A stretch of 63,693 nt of DNA, counting the filler, from Octopus bimaculoides (taxonomy: Eukaryota), in assembly GCF_001194135.2 (NCBI RefSeq). It is 3 parts of 3 records of this genome, joined end to end, with 100 filler letters (N's around TTAATTAATTAA, not from the genome) between each part and the next. Parts side by side here need not be neighbours in the genome. Positions count along the whole stretch, not along the records: positions 1 to 30,413 come from NC_069000.1; 2 more parts are not named here. One strand, written 5' to 3'. The notes beneath the pieces are model-generated. The model did no database searches. It saw only the letters and a program-made list of their open reading frames with translations, and was not told the DNA's origin. Shown here piece after piece: positions 14,585-26,660 of this stretch. The stretch's first letter is position 1. Each line of letters opens with the position of its first letter. The translations under genes and the position numbers were made by a program.

Positions 14585-15595
14585 ATGTCACTAAGTTCTT
14601 TTATTTTCATTTTCGCTCAATATTTTGGCTTTTTCGTCTTTCCTGTTGGTCTTGTTGCTAATCTTTTCTGCATCATTATCCTTTGCCGCAAATCTCAGAG
14701 GCGTCTAAGCATCAACTTTTATTTGGTTGCATTGGCAGTAAGTGACTTTTGCATTTTGCTACTCTCTTGCTTTGACAAATGGCGAACGTTCGTCTTCAAG
14801 TTATCCTTGAGAAATACCTCTATATTCTTCTGTAAAGTTTTGCCGTTTTTTGAAAGATTATTTTTGAGCTTATCTTCATGGATCGTTGTAATAATAACCG
14901 TCCAACGGGCGCGTGCTATTAAATCTCCACTGGGTGGCGATTTCATACGAAGCCGAACGTGGCTACGAGACATCGTCATACTCCTCATCACGACATCTGC
15001 TCTGATCCTAATTTACATGCCAACTTTAATTTATTACAATTTCACAGAAACTTTATCGAGAAATGGCACTAAGAAAAGCTACTGTATCAGTGAAGAGCCC
15101 AAGTGGTATCATCTAACAAAGTACATTATCTTTAATACAGTCTACTCGTTCATTCCATGTGCAATTTTATTTGTGTGTGTCGGTATCATTATAAAGCAAC
15201 TGTCAAAAAGAAAGCGATTTTTGGCATCTCAGGGTAACATCCATTCTGACCGACAGGGACAAAATGATAACATCATACGACTAGTTCTATCTATTAATAT
15301 CATGTTCGTCGTCTTCACATTCCCATTTGCTCTATTAGGAATGATAATGACGTTTTCTGACCGAACTACTATATATGCCAACAATGTTTTAAAACCAATT
15401 TATCGTATCACACATTTTCTCTCCTATACTAACAGCTTTTTAAATTTTTTCATCTATATCATAAGTGGCAGGAGTTTCCGTAAGGAGCTCGTAAATTTGT
15501 TTAAGGAGCCTCTCCAAAGACTTCGGAAGAAACCCTCTCTTGCAGATCCTAGATCACAACTTTCTCTCAAAATGACAACCGTAAGTCATATTTGA
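14585..15595 (+). CDS. Single-exon class A (rhodopsin-like) orphan GPCR, FMRFamide/peptide-receptor-like lophotrochozoan group, 336 aa
   Basis: Uninterrupted ORF with seven hydrophobic segments: TM1 GLVANLFCIIIL, TM2 LVALAVSDFCILL, TM3 CKVLPFF...ITVQRARAI (DRY position = QRA), TM5 YSFIPCAILF, TM6 FVVFTFPF, TM7 YTNSFLNFFIY, then helix-8 SGRSFRKEL. Confidence 0.93.
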   Translation: MSLSSFIFIFAQYFGFFVFPVGLVANLFCIIILCRKSQRRLSINFYLVALAVSDFCILLLSCFDKWRTFVFKLSLRNTSIFFCKVLPFFERLFLSLSSWIVVIITVQRARAIKSPLGGDFIRSRTWLRDIVILLITTSALILIYMPTLIYYNFTETLSRNGTKKSYCISEEPKWYHLTKYIIFNTVYSFIPCAILFVCVGIIIKQLSKRKRFLASQGNIHSDRQGQNDNIIRLVLSINIMFVVFTFPFALLGMIMTFSDRTTIYANNVLKPIYRITHFLSYTNSFLNFFIYIISGRSFRKELVNLFKEPLQRLRKKPSLADPRSQLSLKMTTVSHI

Positions 15596-15869
15596 ATATT
15601 ACGGTTCATAGTATTGCCTACGGTTTTGTTGCTATTGTTTTTTGTATATTTAGTCTTTCTTTTGTTGTGGTTTTTTTTCCTTTTATTAACATGAACGGAG
15701 ATGAGTAGACGAATAGGTTGATTGGATGTGACGTCATAAATCGACAGTTTGATGGTTCAAATCCACATCAGAAAAGGATGTTATGGTGGTATCATATTGT
15801 TGAATTGTAAAAGATATGAAATAGCATATGAGGTAGGCACAAGCACCAACAGTCAGTTTTGAATAGAGG

Positions 15870-15975
15870 TTATAAGTGGATTTTATCAACAATAGTACTT
15901 GACTGGTGCCTAATTTTATTAGGTCTATAGGGACGAAAGGCAAAGCTGACCTCGGCAGCATTGTAACTCAGATGG
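15870..15975 (-). mobile_element. SINE family A fragment
   Basis: GAAAGGCAAAGCTGACCTCGGCAGCATTGTAACTCAGA is the reverse complement of the family core. Confidence 0.6.
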
Positions 15976-16824
15976 CTTGCTACATACGTCCATTAAGGTG
16001 AAATACAAAGAAAAATGATAGATAGAACCAAAGGTGGGGGTTACATCGTTTAAGCGTTTAAAATGATATCAACACTAACAAATGAACACATTGCTAATTA
16101 AATAATGAATAGCAATAATAGTGTACAATATAAAATATAAACAAGGAAGCATCCCCAAATAAAGAGTAACAACAAAGAGTGCAAACAATAAAAGATTATC
16201 AAAGGAAACTGGCCTCGCTGAATTCTCGCAACCAGCATACACAGAAAGAGGAGGCCCATTTAGACTCACCGTTTTTAACACTCATATCAACTATTGACAA
16301 AATTTACTGGAGGGCAGCAACTTCCTGTCTAAATGCATGTTATAGTTTAAGCAGTACATGTTTATGGGAGCCTGACCTGAGACGAAAATTTCTGTTGAAC
16401 AGCGTTCACTGCTCAAAATCTTTCGCTATAATCACCAGATTGCTTTTCTTCCTAAAAAAAGAAGTACAGCAGTAAGTCAATCTTCTTGATAGATTCCACG
16501 GATTAACGAATCTGTCTTGCGCGTGTTTCAACCCCCCGATTCACCATTGTGGGGACACTGAACGAATACGCGACGGACGTTCACCTTAATCTGCGGGGGT
16601 TTTGGATCGATTAAGTCGCTGGTGACTTCAACACGGCCATGGCTCTAGCATTTTAACACATACAGCAAAGACCTATAATATTCAGCGAAACAGTAAGTCC
16701 TCCAAAAGAGACTACGCACATTATTCCACCACCATTACAAGCTTCGTTGCACTATGAATCGTTCAGAAAATGCAATACATAATCACCAAGTCAAAACAAA
16801 TTCATTGTGATGTAATACGGATTA

Positions 16825-16995
16825 TTGGTTTCAAATTTTGACACAAGGCTAGCAGTTTCAGGAAAGGAGCTAATAGTCACTTATTTTATTGCTCCCGAAA
16901 GAATGAAAGGTAAGGTCGAACTCGGTGGTATTTGATCACAGAACTTATGTTGGACGAAATGCCGCAGAGCATTTTGCCCAGCGTCATAACGATTC
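16825..16995 (-). mobile_element. SINE family A, diverged
   Basis: GAATGAAAGGTAAGGTCGAACTCGGTGGTATTTGA...GCATTTTGCCCAGCG. Confidence 0.7.
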
Positions 16996-18282
16996 TCCAG
17001 CAAGTAGGCACCGAAAATAGGAATATTGAAAAACAATAACATTACCTAAGAATGGTTAAATCTAAAATTATACACTCACCCATACATCTTTGTTGCGTAC
17101 CATTGATTATTACATATATAATATACTCACTACGCGTTTATGCAGGGTGGACTGTTATTATAACATTATAAACTGATTTGAAATATTTCGTGTGTCCCAT
17201 GGATTATGAATATATACAATTTTACACTCTCTACATGTTTCATTTGTGCTATAGATTGCTGTTATAAAAGCTATACACTCACTCTACATGTTACACATCT
17301 GCTGTGAACTGTTAAATTCAAATTATACATTCACTCAACATATTTCGTGTGCGCCATGAGTAGTTCAATTAGAAAAACATACAGTGGGGCTTATGTGTTG
17401 CATTCCCGATCATGAGATCGTGGTTTAATTCCTGGACCGAGTAGAGCTTTGTATTCGTAAGAAAACAACTTCATCTCACATTGCTCGACGATCACTTCGA
17501 CACTCGACGTGTAGTACACCGCACACCTGTTCAGGCAATGTTGATTTGATGAAGGGAACGCGCTGACGTACAGCTGAAATATTTGATCACTATAAACAAG
17601 TCATTTGAGCAGGTTTGATCAGCAAGAATTACAGAACGTCCTTTCTCGGACTACGACAGTCTACCGTTATACATTTACAATATGTCACCACAAACAATGG
17701 CTTGATAAATATGAAATATATATTCAGATAATATATTTGTTTTTCTTGTATAAATTATTGATCAATATAAAACTACACCCTCACTGCATCAAATGCCATG
17801 TAGACCCATTGTCTACATGACACATATTAGAGTAAAAAAAATGTTGTGGTTCTTAAATATGTATTTGCATTCATTTTTAAATAATTTCCAATGAATCTGT
17901 TATAAAAGTGTTTATTTCAGTTTTCAGAACTTAAAATAATGGGTATCTGTATTTTCATAACATTATGTTTAATGCATGATACGTTCCATATAATACAAAT
18001 AAAAAAGATTTTGAAGATGATGTGAAGTATATACAAATAAAGCGTGTTCATTATTCAAGTATCGTGTTTTATATTTCATATTTCAGCTAAATGAAACGTA
18101 AAAACAAAAATGATTCCAGGCAAAAATAGTAAAATTAATGCAGCATAAGAATACCGATTCTTTATTAGATTTGCATCGTGATGGAAGTCATATTTTTTTA
18201 TTGAATAAGTACGCATGCGCGTGCAAACACACATACACACTCACATGCTCAGACACAGTGACACGCATATATATATATATCC

Positions 18283-18915
18283 AAGCACCGTTGTTTTCTG
18301 CCAGTACTCCACCCATATTGCAGCTCCTATTTGCTCCATGTACTTCACAAGAATTTTACTCACAATTCCCAGGGATCCAGCACTTATTATTACTATTCTT
18401 TTATTGTCTTTGCACAGCTTCTAATGCTGGAGATGTACTACGGTGTCAGCTGTTCACTACCAGTGAACTAAGGCAACATCCCTTATTTTTCGAGCACCTT
18501 CCGCAGTATTGGAGCGGTTCCAAGCAGTGCTGTTTTCTTCAAATGCTCCACCCTTATAGCAGCCCCTATTTGTTCCATGTACTTCTCAAGATTTTTGCTC
18601 GCTGTTCCCAGGGCTCTGACAATTATTAGTAATACTACCACCTTTTCCATTGACCTCAACTGCTTATACCTCCCAAGCTAACCTGTCATATCTATCGACA
18701 TTTCTTTCTTCCTTATCGCGTACCGTGTTGTCAGCTGGGCTGGGCATACAGCATAGTTTGCTCTCGTTCACAATTAAAACTACGTCTGGCTTCCTTTTCT
18801 ATTTCTCATGGTCGCACTGAATCATAAAATCCCACATGATCTTTGCATTATCATTTTCTATGAAGGCATCATCGAAAATGATATGGTACGACCACAAACC
18901 CGAAGGCATCATCGA
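18283..18915 (-). mobile_element. Dong/R4-clade non-LTR retrotransposon 3' end (REL endonuclease), degenerate, last segment duplicated
   Basis: Minus strand encodes IENDNAKIMWDFMIQCD..KPDVV...KYMEQIGAAIRVEHLKKTALLGTAPILRKVLEK*. A second copy of the last ~50 codons lies at 18283-18400. Adjacent to a (TAA)n tract, the known Dong target type. Confidence 0.75.
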
Positions 18916-18942
18916 TTATTATTATTATTATTGTTATTATTA

Positions 18943-19005
<63 letters not shown>

Positions 19006-19544
19006 GGTTTGATTCAGCCCTATACGACTCAAAGTTTCGTAGGCTTCATACAGAAACGTAGCTCGTTGAAAATATATTTCATCTTGTATATTACAAACAC
19101 ATACTCACACACACATCCACACACACGCACACACACACATACACACACTATACATACAGGCATACACGTACATACCCTGTGCATGATTCAGCTACGTACC
19201 ACAGAAAAGACTGCATGTACTATGACCGATTCATACTACGTACGCTGAAGGAGCAAAGACGCAACGCACTGATTACAAGCCTCTAATATCTGTGCTTTAT
19301 CAATATCCATTTGGGCGGTCCCTAAGTCATTTTCCCCAGGCAATAAGTAAACAATAATTGATATAAAATGCATAAGCTTTATTCTACTTGAATCAATGAG
19401 TATACATCGTATAGTTATGAAATAAGTTTAAAACGTCTGTGTTATCATGTACAGTAACACGATATCCACATTGAAATGTTTGATAAAGGCCAACGTTATT
19501 TATAGTTTATGACGCCTAGTATAGTTAATATTGGTTTCAGATTT

Positions 19545-19882
19545 TGGGGAAAGATTTAAATCAATAACATCAACCCCAGTGATCAATTCGTACTTATTTT
19601 ATCGACCCCAAAAATATGAAAGGCAAAGTCGGCCTCGATGGAATTTGAACTCAGAACGTGAAGACGGACCAAATGCCGCTAAGCATTTTGCCCGGCGCGG
19701 CAATGATTCTGCTAGCTTCCCGCCTTCATTCTTATTACAATATCGGTTCCAAGTTTTGGAACGATGCCAGCAGTTTTGGGGTTGGGTGGCAAGTCGATTC
19801 AATGGCCCCCAATGCTCAGCTGGTACTTATTTTATCGACCCCGAGAGGATGAAAGGCAAAGTCGACCTCGGTGGTATTTGAT
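19545..19882 (-). mobile_element. Two SINE family A copies or fragments
   Basis: Core seen twice (about 19590-19710 and 19820-19880). Confidence 0.75.
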
Positions 19883-20222
19883 CTTATAACATAGCTTTTT
19901 ACATGTTTTCTTTGTTTCTTTCTCGTTCTTTTTCCCTTGAGATATTTACAGCTTTTTGGTAGAGAAGTATATGTTGATTCCTTTTATTATATCTAACAAT
20001 GCATATATATAAATGTGGTCTGCTCCAGCTCATATAGAGATATATTGAGATATATTCATGCATTGCAAATGAAATTAGCATTAACGTAGTAATAATACAG
20101 CAAAAATTATCAAATACATATACCCGATGCTGAGACAGGTTATGCATGCATATATTCACACATACACATACATATTGTATACATAAACGCATACATATGT
20201 ATGTTATTCAGTCTTATTTCAA

Positions 20223-20421
20223 AGCTGGCAGAAACGTTAGCACGCGGGGCGAAATGCTTAGCAGTATTTCGTCTGTCTTCAACTTCTGAGTTCAAATTCT
20301 GCCGAGGTTGACTTTGCCTTACATCCTTTCGAGTCGATAAAGTACCAGTTGCCTACTGGGTTCGATCTAATCGATTGGCCCACTCTCAAAATTTCGGGCC
20401 ATGTGCCTAGAGTAGAAAATA
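20223..20421 (+). mobile_element. SINE family A monomer (tail-2) with perfect TSD
   Basis: Family head, core and tail GTGCCTAGAGTAGAAAA; 19-bp TSD TTATTCAGTCTTATTTCAA on both sides. Confidence 0.88.
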
Positions 20422-20765
20422 TTATTCAGTCTTATTTCAAGATTGTTTGCCTAAAGAGCTGGTTTCTAACCTAGATCCATGGTTTTTTTCATTGAAATTT
20501 CAACTACCACAACGTGGTGTTTTTGCATGTATGTATGTGTACAATATTTGGAGTCAGTGCATGTATGTTATCTATATATGTATAATACTAAGACGTAGAG
20601 GACAGCTATAAAACCTGCTGCATCTTAGATTGAACATTCTGTAACTTAGTTCTTAATGAAGTAAAGTGTAACTTCAGGATCACCTGACTCAGTTGTTACC
20701 GTTGGTTTCCAACAACAGCTAATGGTTTAGATGATGCGTAAAGAAAAGTGGGGAAGTGTCCACAG

Positions 20766-20768
<3 letters not shown>

Positions 20769-20844
<76 letters not shown>
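20769..20844. repeat. (CT)n microsatellite
   Basis: Direct reading. Confidence 0.95.
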
Positions 20845-20848
<4 letters not shown>

Positions 20849-21567
20849 TTCTTTCTTCTTAATTTTTGTGCCTTCTGTATTCGTCTCTTCGTCTGTGTCT
20901 ATCTCACTTTCGTACATTATCCTAATATGGAACCAAAGATGAGGCAAGAGTCTACTGGAAATAACAGCAAAATCTCCCTTAAATCATTCTATTTGAGAAA
21001 AAAAAGGGAGGACACATTGGATGATGTAGTTCGTGATATATTTTGTTTGCACAATAAAGGCACAGGACCAGATATGTTACATATTGTAAATTGCGCAGAA
21101 GGATGTGGGCAGGCCTGGTGTTGATCAATGATCCAGTGAGGGCAGATCCGAGCAAATCAGCAATTGCAACAATGCCACTATGTGGACGTTCGACTTGCTA
21201 GATATAACAACCAAATTTTCCCCAGAACCCATACCCATCATCCTTGAAATATCCATGAGATATTATTTAGAAAAGACTCCATTGTCCATATGAGAACATA
21301 TACTATTGTAGGTTTGCTCGATCAGAACTGACTCGGAGCTAATGGACTAAAGCAACAAACAAAGCAGCTTCATCCATGTCCTTATATCACCTAATATGAA
21401 ATAACTCTTTTGAAGTCAATACATGATGGTTCAACTTACGTAACATATATTTCACAAAGTGGCACTGTTACTTCACAGTGAAAAAGCAAGGAATTTGAAC
21501 ACTTGACACCATATTTCATATACTAAGATAAATAAATTTGATAAACGTTAGTATAAAGAAGAGGAAA

Positions 21568-21974
21568 GGCGGCGAGCTGGCAGAAACGTTAGCGCGCCGG
21601 GCGAAATGCCTGGCAGTATTTCGTCAGCCGTTAGGTTCTGAGTTCAAATTCTGCCGAGGTCGACTTTACTTTTCATCCTTTCGGGGTAGATAAATTAAGT
21701 ACCAATTACGCACTGGGGTCGATGTAATCGACTTAATCTTTTTGTCTGTCCTTGTTTGTCCCCTCTCTGTTTAGCCCCATTCGGGCAGCAAAGAAATAAG
21801 AAACGTTAGCACGCCGGGCGAAATGCTTAGTGGTATTTCGTCTGTGTTTACGTTCCGAGTTCAAATTACTTTTGGGGTCGACAAATTAAGTACCAGTTGC
21901 GTACTGGGATCGATCTAATCGACTGGCTCCCGCCCCCAAAATTTTGGGTCTTGTGCCTAGAGAAGAAAAGAAAA
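21568..21974 (+). mobile_element. SINE family A dimer with target-site duplication
   Basis: Full head GGCGGCGAGCTGGCAGAAACGTTAGC with B-box GAGTTCAAATTC; second unit starts at 21800. 17-bp TSD at 21551-21567 and 21975-21991 (15/17 identical). Confidence 0.88.
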
Positions 21975-22279
21975 GTATTAAAAAGAGGAAAAAAATATAG
22001 TTAGAATGGTACTACTCGAAAGTGGGGTTCGAGTAGCCATTACACCTTCATCCATTATATAAAGCCATTTCATTCATTCGTTTATGTTTTATGTCCTAAC
22101 TTCTATTGTATTGTCTGTCCTTGTTCGTCCTCACTCTGTAGGGCCCACAGTGGCCAATAAAATGAAATAGAGATCGTTTTGGTAGACTCGCGAATTGCGT
22201 TGTGTGAACACATTCAATGAACCTCCACTGCATAATTTATCTATACGAACCTGTGGCAGGATATATATATATATATTCT

Positions 22280-22687
22280 CTTTTTTTTACTGTTTTACTT
22301 GTTTCAGTCATGTGACTGCGGCCATGCTGGAGCACCACCTTTTAGTCGAACAAATCGACTCCAGCAGTTATACATTGTAATCCTAGTACTTATTCTACCG
22401 GCCTCTTTTGCCAAGCCGCTAGGTTATGGTGACGTAAACACACCAGCATCGGTTGTGAAGCGATGTTGGGGGAACAAACACAGACACACAAGCATATACA
22501 CACACATATTATATGTATATATATACGACAGGTTTCTTTCAGTTTCTGTCTACCAAATCTACTCACAAGGTTTTGATCGGCCTGAGTCTATAGTAGAAGA
22601 CACTAGCCCAAGTTGCCACGCAGTGAGACTGAACTCGGAACCATGTGGTTGGTAAGCAAGCTACTCACCACACAGACGCTCCTGCAC
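22280..22687 (-). mobile_element. SINE family B, near full length
   Basis: Colinear with 6099-6497. Confidence 0.85.
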
Positions 22688-23881
22688 CAAAGTCTCGTAT
22701 TGTCCTTGCATTCGAAACGCGCAGTAGATGGAACAGGGACGACTGATGGAGGGGTATACTCTTTAAGTTGCATGTCTCGTTTCTCTGTTTGTTTGTTTTT
22801 GTTTTTTTGCGTTGGTCGAAAAAAGTTCGTTTTCTGTTTTCGTTTTTATGTTTTCGTTTCTCATTGTGTTTAAGGTTTTTTTATGTCCTGTACCCATATA
22901 TGCATGTATGTATACATATAGATGTAGGTATGTACATATATGTATGAATATATGCATATATTTATATATTATTTATATTATATCATATTATATATATATA
23001 TATATATATNNNNNNNNNNNNNNNNNNNNNNNNNNNNNNNNNNNNNNNNNNNNNNNNNNNNNNNNNNNNNNNNNNNNNNNNNNNNNNNNNNNNNNNNNNN
23101 NNNNNNNNNNNNNNNNNNNNNNNNNNNNNNNNNNNNNNNNNNNNNNNNNNNNNNNNNNNNNNNNNNNNNNNNNNNNNNNNNNNNNNNNNNNNNNNNNNNN
23201 NNNNNNNNNNNNNNNNNNNNNNNNNNNNNNNNNNNNNNNNNNNNNNNNNNNNNNNNNNNNNNNNNNNNNNNNNNNNNNNNNNNNNNNNNNNNNNNNNNNN
23301 NNNNNNNNNNNNNNNNNNNNNNNNNNNNNNNNNNNNNNNNNNNNNNNNNNNNNNNNNNNNNNNNNNNNNNNNNNNNNNNNNNNNNNNNNNNNNNNNNNNN
23401 NNNNNNNNNNNNNNNNNNNNNNNNNNNNNNNNNNNNNNNNNNNNNNNNNNNNNNNNNNNNNNNNNNNNNNNNNNNNNNNNNNNNNNNNNNNNNNNNNNNN
23501 NNNNNNNNNNNNNNNNNNNNNNNNNNNNNNNNNNNNNNNNNNNNNNNNNNNNNNNNNNNNNNNNNNNNNNNNNNNNNNNNNNNNNNNNNNNNNNNNNNNN
23601 NNNNNNNNNNNNNNNNNNNNNNNNNNNNNNNNNNNNNNNNNNNNNNNNNNNNNNNNNNNNNNNNNNNNNNNNNNNNNNNNNNNNNNNNNNNNNNNNNNNN
23701 NNNNNNNNNNNNNNNNNNNNNNNNNNNNNNNNNNNNNNNNNNNNNNNNNNNNNNNNNNNNNNNNNNNNNNNNNNNNNNNNNNNNNNNNNNNNNNNNNNNN
23801 NNNNNNNNNNNNNNNNNNNNNNNNNNNNNNNNNNNNNNNNNNNNNNNNNNNNNNNNNNATATATATATATTACGAGAGAAC

Positions 23882-23912
<31 letters not shown>

Positions 23913-24456
23913 CCATCGCTCGAATTGTAATGAAAGTTAAGATTTTTTCGCCTAGAACACATGAATTAATTGTTATAATGTTGACAAATTATCGTGAGGA
24001 CTGTTTAATCGACTATGATGAAAATGAGACCATCCTGCATCATATTTGAGGCCTATAAAACAGAATATTTCCTTGCCGTAACACCAGTAAACGCAAATAC
24101 ATAACTACGACTACTTAATCTAACTAAACGGAGAAGCATTTATTTATAGGCTTAATTTACTTGTCACAAATAGCGTCAAAATCTCTCAGTTTTCATAACG
24201 TGCGCTATAATATTTTACAAAAATTTCTGGAAACAAGGAGAAGCTCACCACGGCTGGGTAGCCTTTAATTTTAGGTTCACTAGATTAAAACTGATCTGAG
24301 GATAAACAACACGAACGACAAATATTTTCACAGGTATATTTTCCTTTTAAACTTTCTTCATAATCTCTCGTATCTCTTATCCGAGATATACAGGCATACT
24401 ATATAAGTTAAGTAATACTATCGAGTCATCATTTTATGTTTTCGAAAATACACTTG

Positions 24457-24457
<1 letters not shown>

Positions 24458-24493
<36 letters not shown>

Positions 24494-24500
24494 ATACTAC

Positions 24501-24540
<40 letters not shown>

Positions 24541-24568
24541 GCTGCTGCTGCTTCTGCTGCTGCTGCTA

Positions 24569-24601
<33 letters not shown>

Positions 24602-24613
24602 GAACTATCTATC

Positions 24614-24668
<55 letters not shown>
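24458..24668. repeat. Compound (ACT)n(GCT)n(CT)n(ATCT)n microsatellite
   Basis: Direct reading. Confidence 0.9.
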
Positions 24669-24674
<6 letters not shown>

Positions 24675-25284
24675 ATTATGCATTTATTAGCAGAACGGTT
24701 ATTATTATCATTATTTCTGTTACGTCTCTACATCTCTAAACGCTGTATTTCCATGTTTGAGTGAGGATATCACAATGCTCTAAAACAACAAAAATTAATC
24801 GTATTCATATCTTAGTTTCCACTTAATTTCGCTTTCATCTGGATACGACACCCATCCTCAACCTCCAATACTCCTCTAAAAATGTTATGATGCAGTTCAA
24901 TGTTGCTCTGTTGTTATATTTATTTTCCCAACTGTGTAGTGGAGTCATCGCCAAGGTGATTCCTACCACTATTTGTTGTTTGCGTGGGGTTCTTTAACCG
25001 TAAGAAGATAAACTGAAACCCGGAGTAATATTTTATGCTTTTCAAGTTATTTAGCGCTTGCAGATTTATCTATAAAATGAGATTTACTTAGAAATAGAAA
25101 GGACCATATATCTGTAGACTTTACAAGACATTTTCGATACTCTACTCCATAGTGTACTAACTTTGGCATTCGAGTCTGAAAACGCTAAAACTGGACGAAA
25201 CATGGTGCGTACCCCACAAGACAACGTACACAGAACGACATTTGGTTGAGCAACGAAATCACGCAATACAAACAATCGTACTGA

Positions 25285-25333
<49 letters not shown>

Positions 25334-25389
25334 TATTTGATGATGATGATAATGATAATATTAATCATAATAATAATAATACTCAATCT

Positions 25390-25595
25390 AAAAAACACAT
25401 CTGAAAACTTTAGAAATATCCGACAATCTAGATGTCCTGCAAAAGGTGGCATTAATTGGAAATGCACGCATATTGCGTAAAGTACTGTCTGTCTGAGGTC
25501 CTTGTTGTGTCTTGACAAATAGCGCAAGCCCCAGGTAGACACGATATTTTCAGTCAACAACCTCACGATATTCTATACTATGCGACGTCTATAAC

Positions 25596-25665
<70 letters not shown>
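25390..25665 (+). mobile_element. Dong/R4-clade 3' terminus with (AAT)n tail
   Basis: KHLKTLEISDNLDVLQKVALIGNARILRKVLSV*, a short 3' UTR, then an (AAT)n array. Confidence 0.72.
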
Positions 25666-25742
25666 GAGTAATTATATTAATGTCTCTTTAAATGTAATTT
25701 TTCTCTTTTCTTTTATTTTCGCTGTTCTAGACTTATAATAGA

Positions 25743-26660
25743 ATGAACTCTACGGACTTCCAGACTTTCGCCAATGATTTGGCACACTATTCAGGGTATC
25801 CATTGATTATAATCGGGGTGTTAGGAAATATTCTTTGCATTTTCGTCCTATTTCGACCCAAGATGAAAGAATCGAACATTAGAACCTATTTAATAGGACT
25901 TTCTTTTAACGATATCGGTGTTTTCGTCATTTTAATGATTGACAAATGGCTTAGGCATTCGTATAGAATCCAATTACGATTAACATCGCAATTTGCTTGT
26001 AAACTACTGCCGTTTCTGGATAAATACGTATTGGAAACGTCATCTTTGATCGTACTGTTGATCTCAATTGAAAGGATGGTTGCTATCGTTTTTCCTATTA
26101 GATATTATAATCTAAAAAGTAAACACCAACGATTCGTGCTGTGTATTATGTTCTTTATTCTAGTCGCTTTCAATTCCCCTGCTCTATATTTCTACACATT
26201 GAATCATTCTAAGTGCTATGATTCTGCACCAAAATACTTCATCAAAATTAAATACATCATCTTTTACATATTCTACTGGATTTTACCTGTCATTGGACTG
26301 TTGATTACTAACGGGATTATATTATATTGTTTGAAGAAACGCTCTGACTCGGTTAATATAAAGGCGAAGCAGCAAACTTTTTTGAAATTAAAGCAAAAAG
26401 TTAAAGAAGGACTTTATTTACTTTTTATGATCAGTGCTTTGTTCTTGCTGTGCACAAGTCCATTTGCAATATGTGGAATAGTGATTACGACATACAAAGG
26501 GAACAAGAATACAACATTTGCCAAGAATGTATTCGCTGTTTATGTTTTGGCACATTTCTTTTCTTATTTCAATAATGCTTTGAACTTCGCTGTCTACATG
26601 CTGGCATCTTCAAGCTTTCGACAAGAATTAAAAGGTTTTCTAAGAATTAAAAGCAAATGA
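25743..26660 (+). CDS. Single-exon class A orphan GPCR, paralog of the 14585 gene, 305 aa
   Basis: Uninterrupted ORF: N-glycosylation sequon NST, TM1 GVLGNILCIFVL, TM2 LIGLSFND, TM3 CKLLPFL...SIERMVAI, TM5 YWILPVIGLL, TM6 FLLCTSPF, TM7 YFNNALNFAVY, helix-8 SSSFRQEL. A polypyrimidine tract plus AG ends at 25730. Confidence 0.93.
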   Translation: MNSTDFQTFANDLAHYSGYPLIIIGVLGNILCIFVLFRPKMKESNIRTYLIGLSFNDIGVFVILMIDKWLRHSYRIQLRLTSQFACKLLPFLDKYVLETSSLIVLLISIERMVAIVFPIRYYNLKSKHQRFVLCIMFFILVAFNSPALYFYTLNHSKCYDSAPKYFIKIKYIIFYIFYWILPVIGLLITNGIILYCLKKRSDSVNIKAKQQTFLKLKQKVKEGLYLLFMISALFLLCTSPFAICGIVITTYKGNKNTTFAKNVFAVYVLAHFFSYFNNALNFAVYMLASSSFRQELKGFLRIKSK

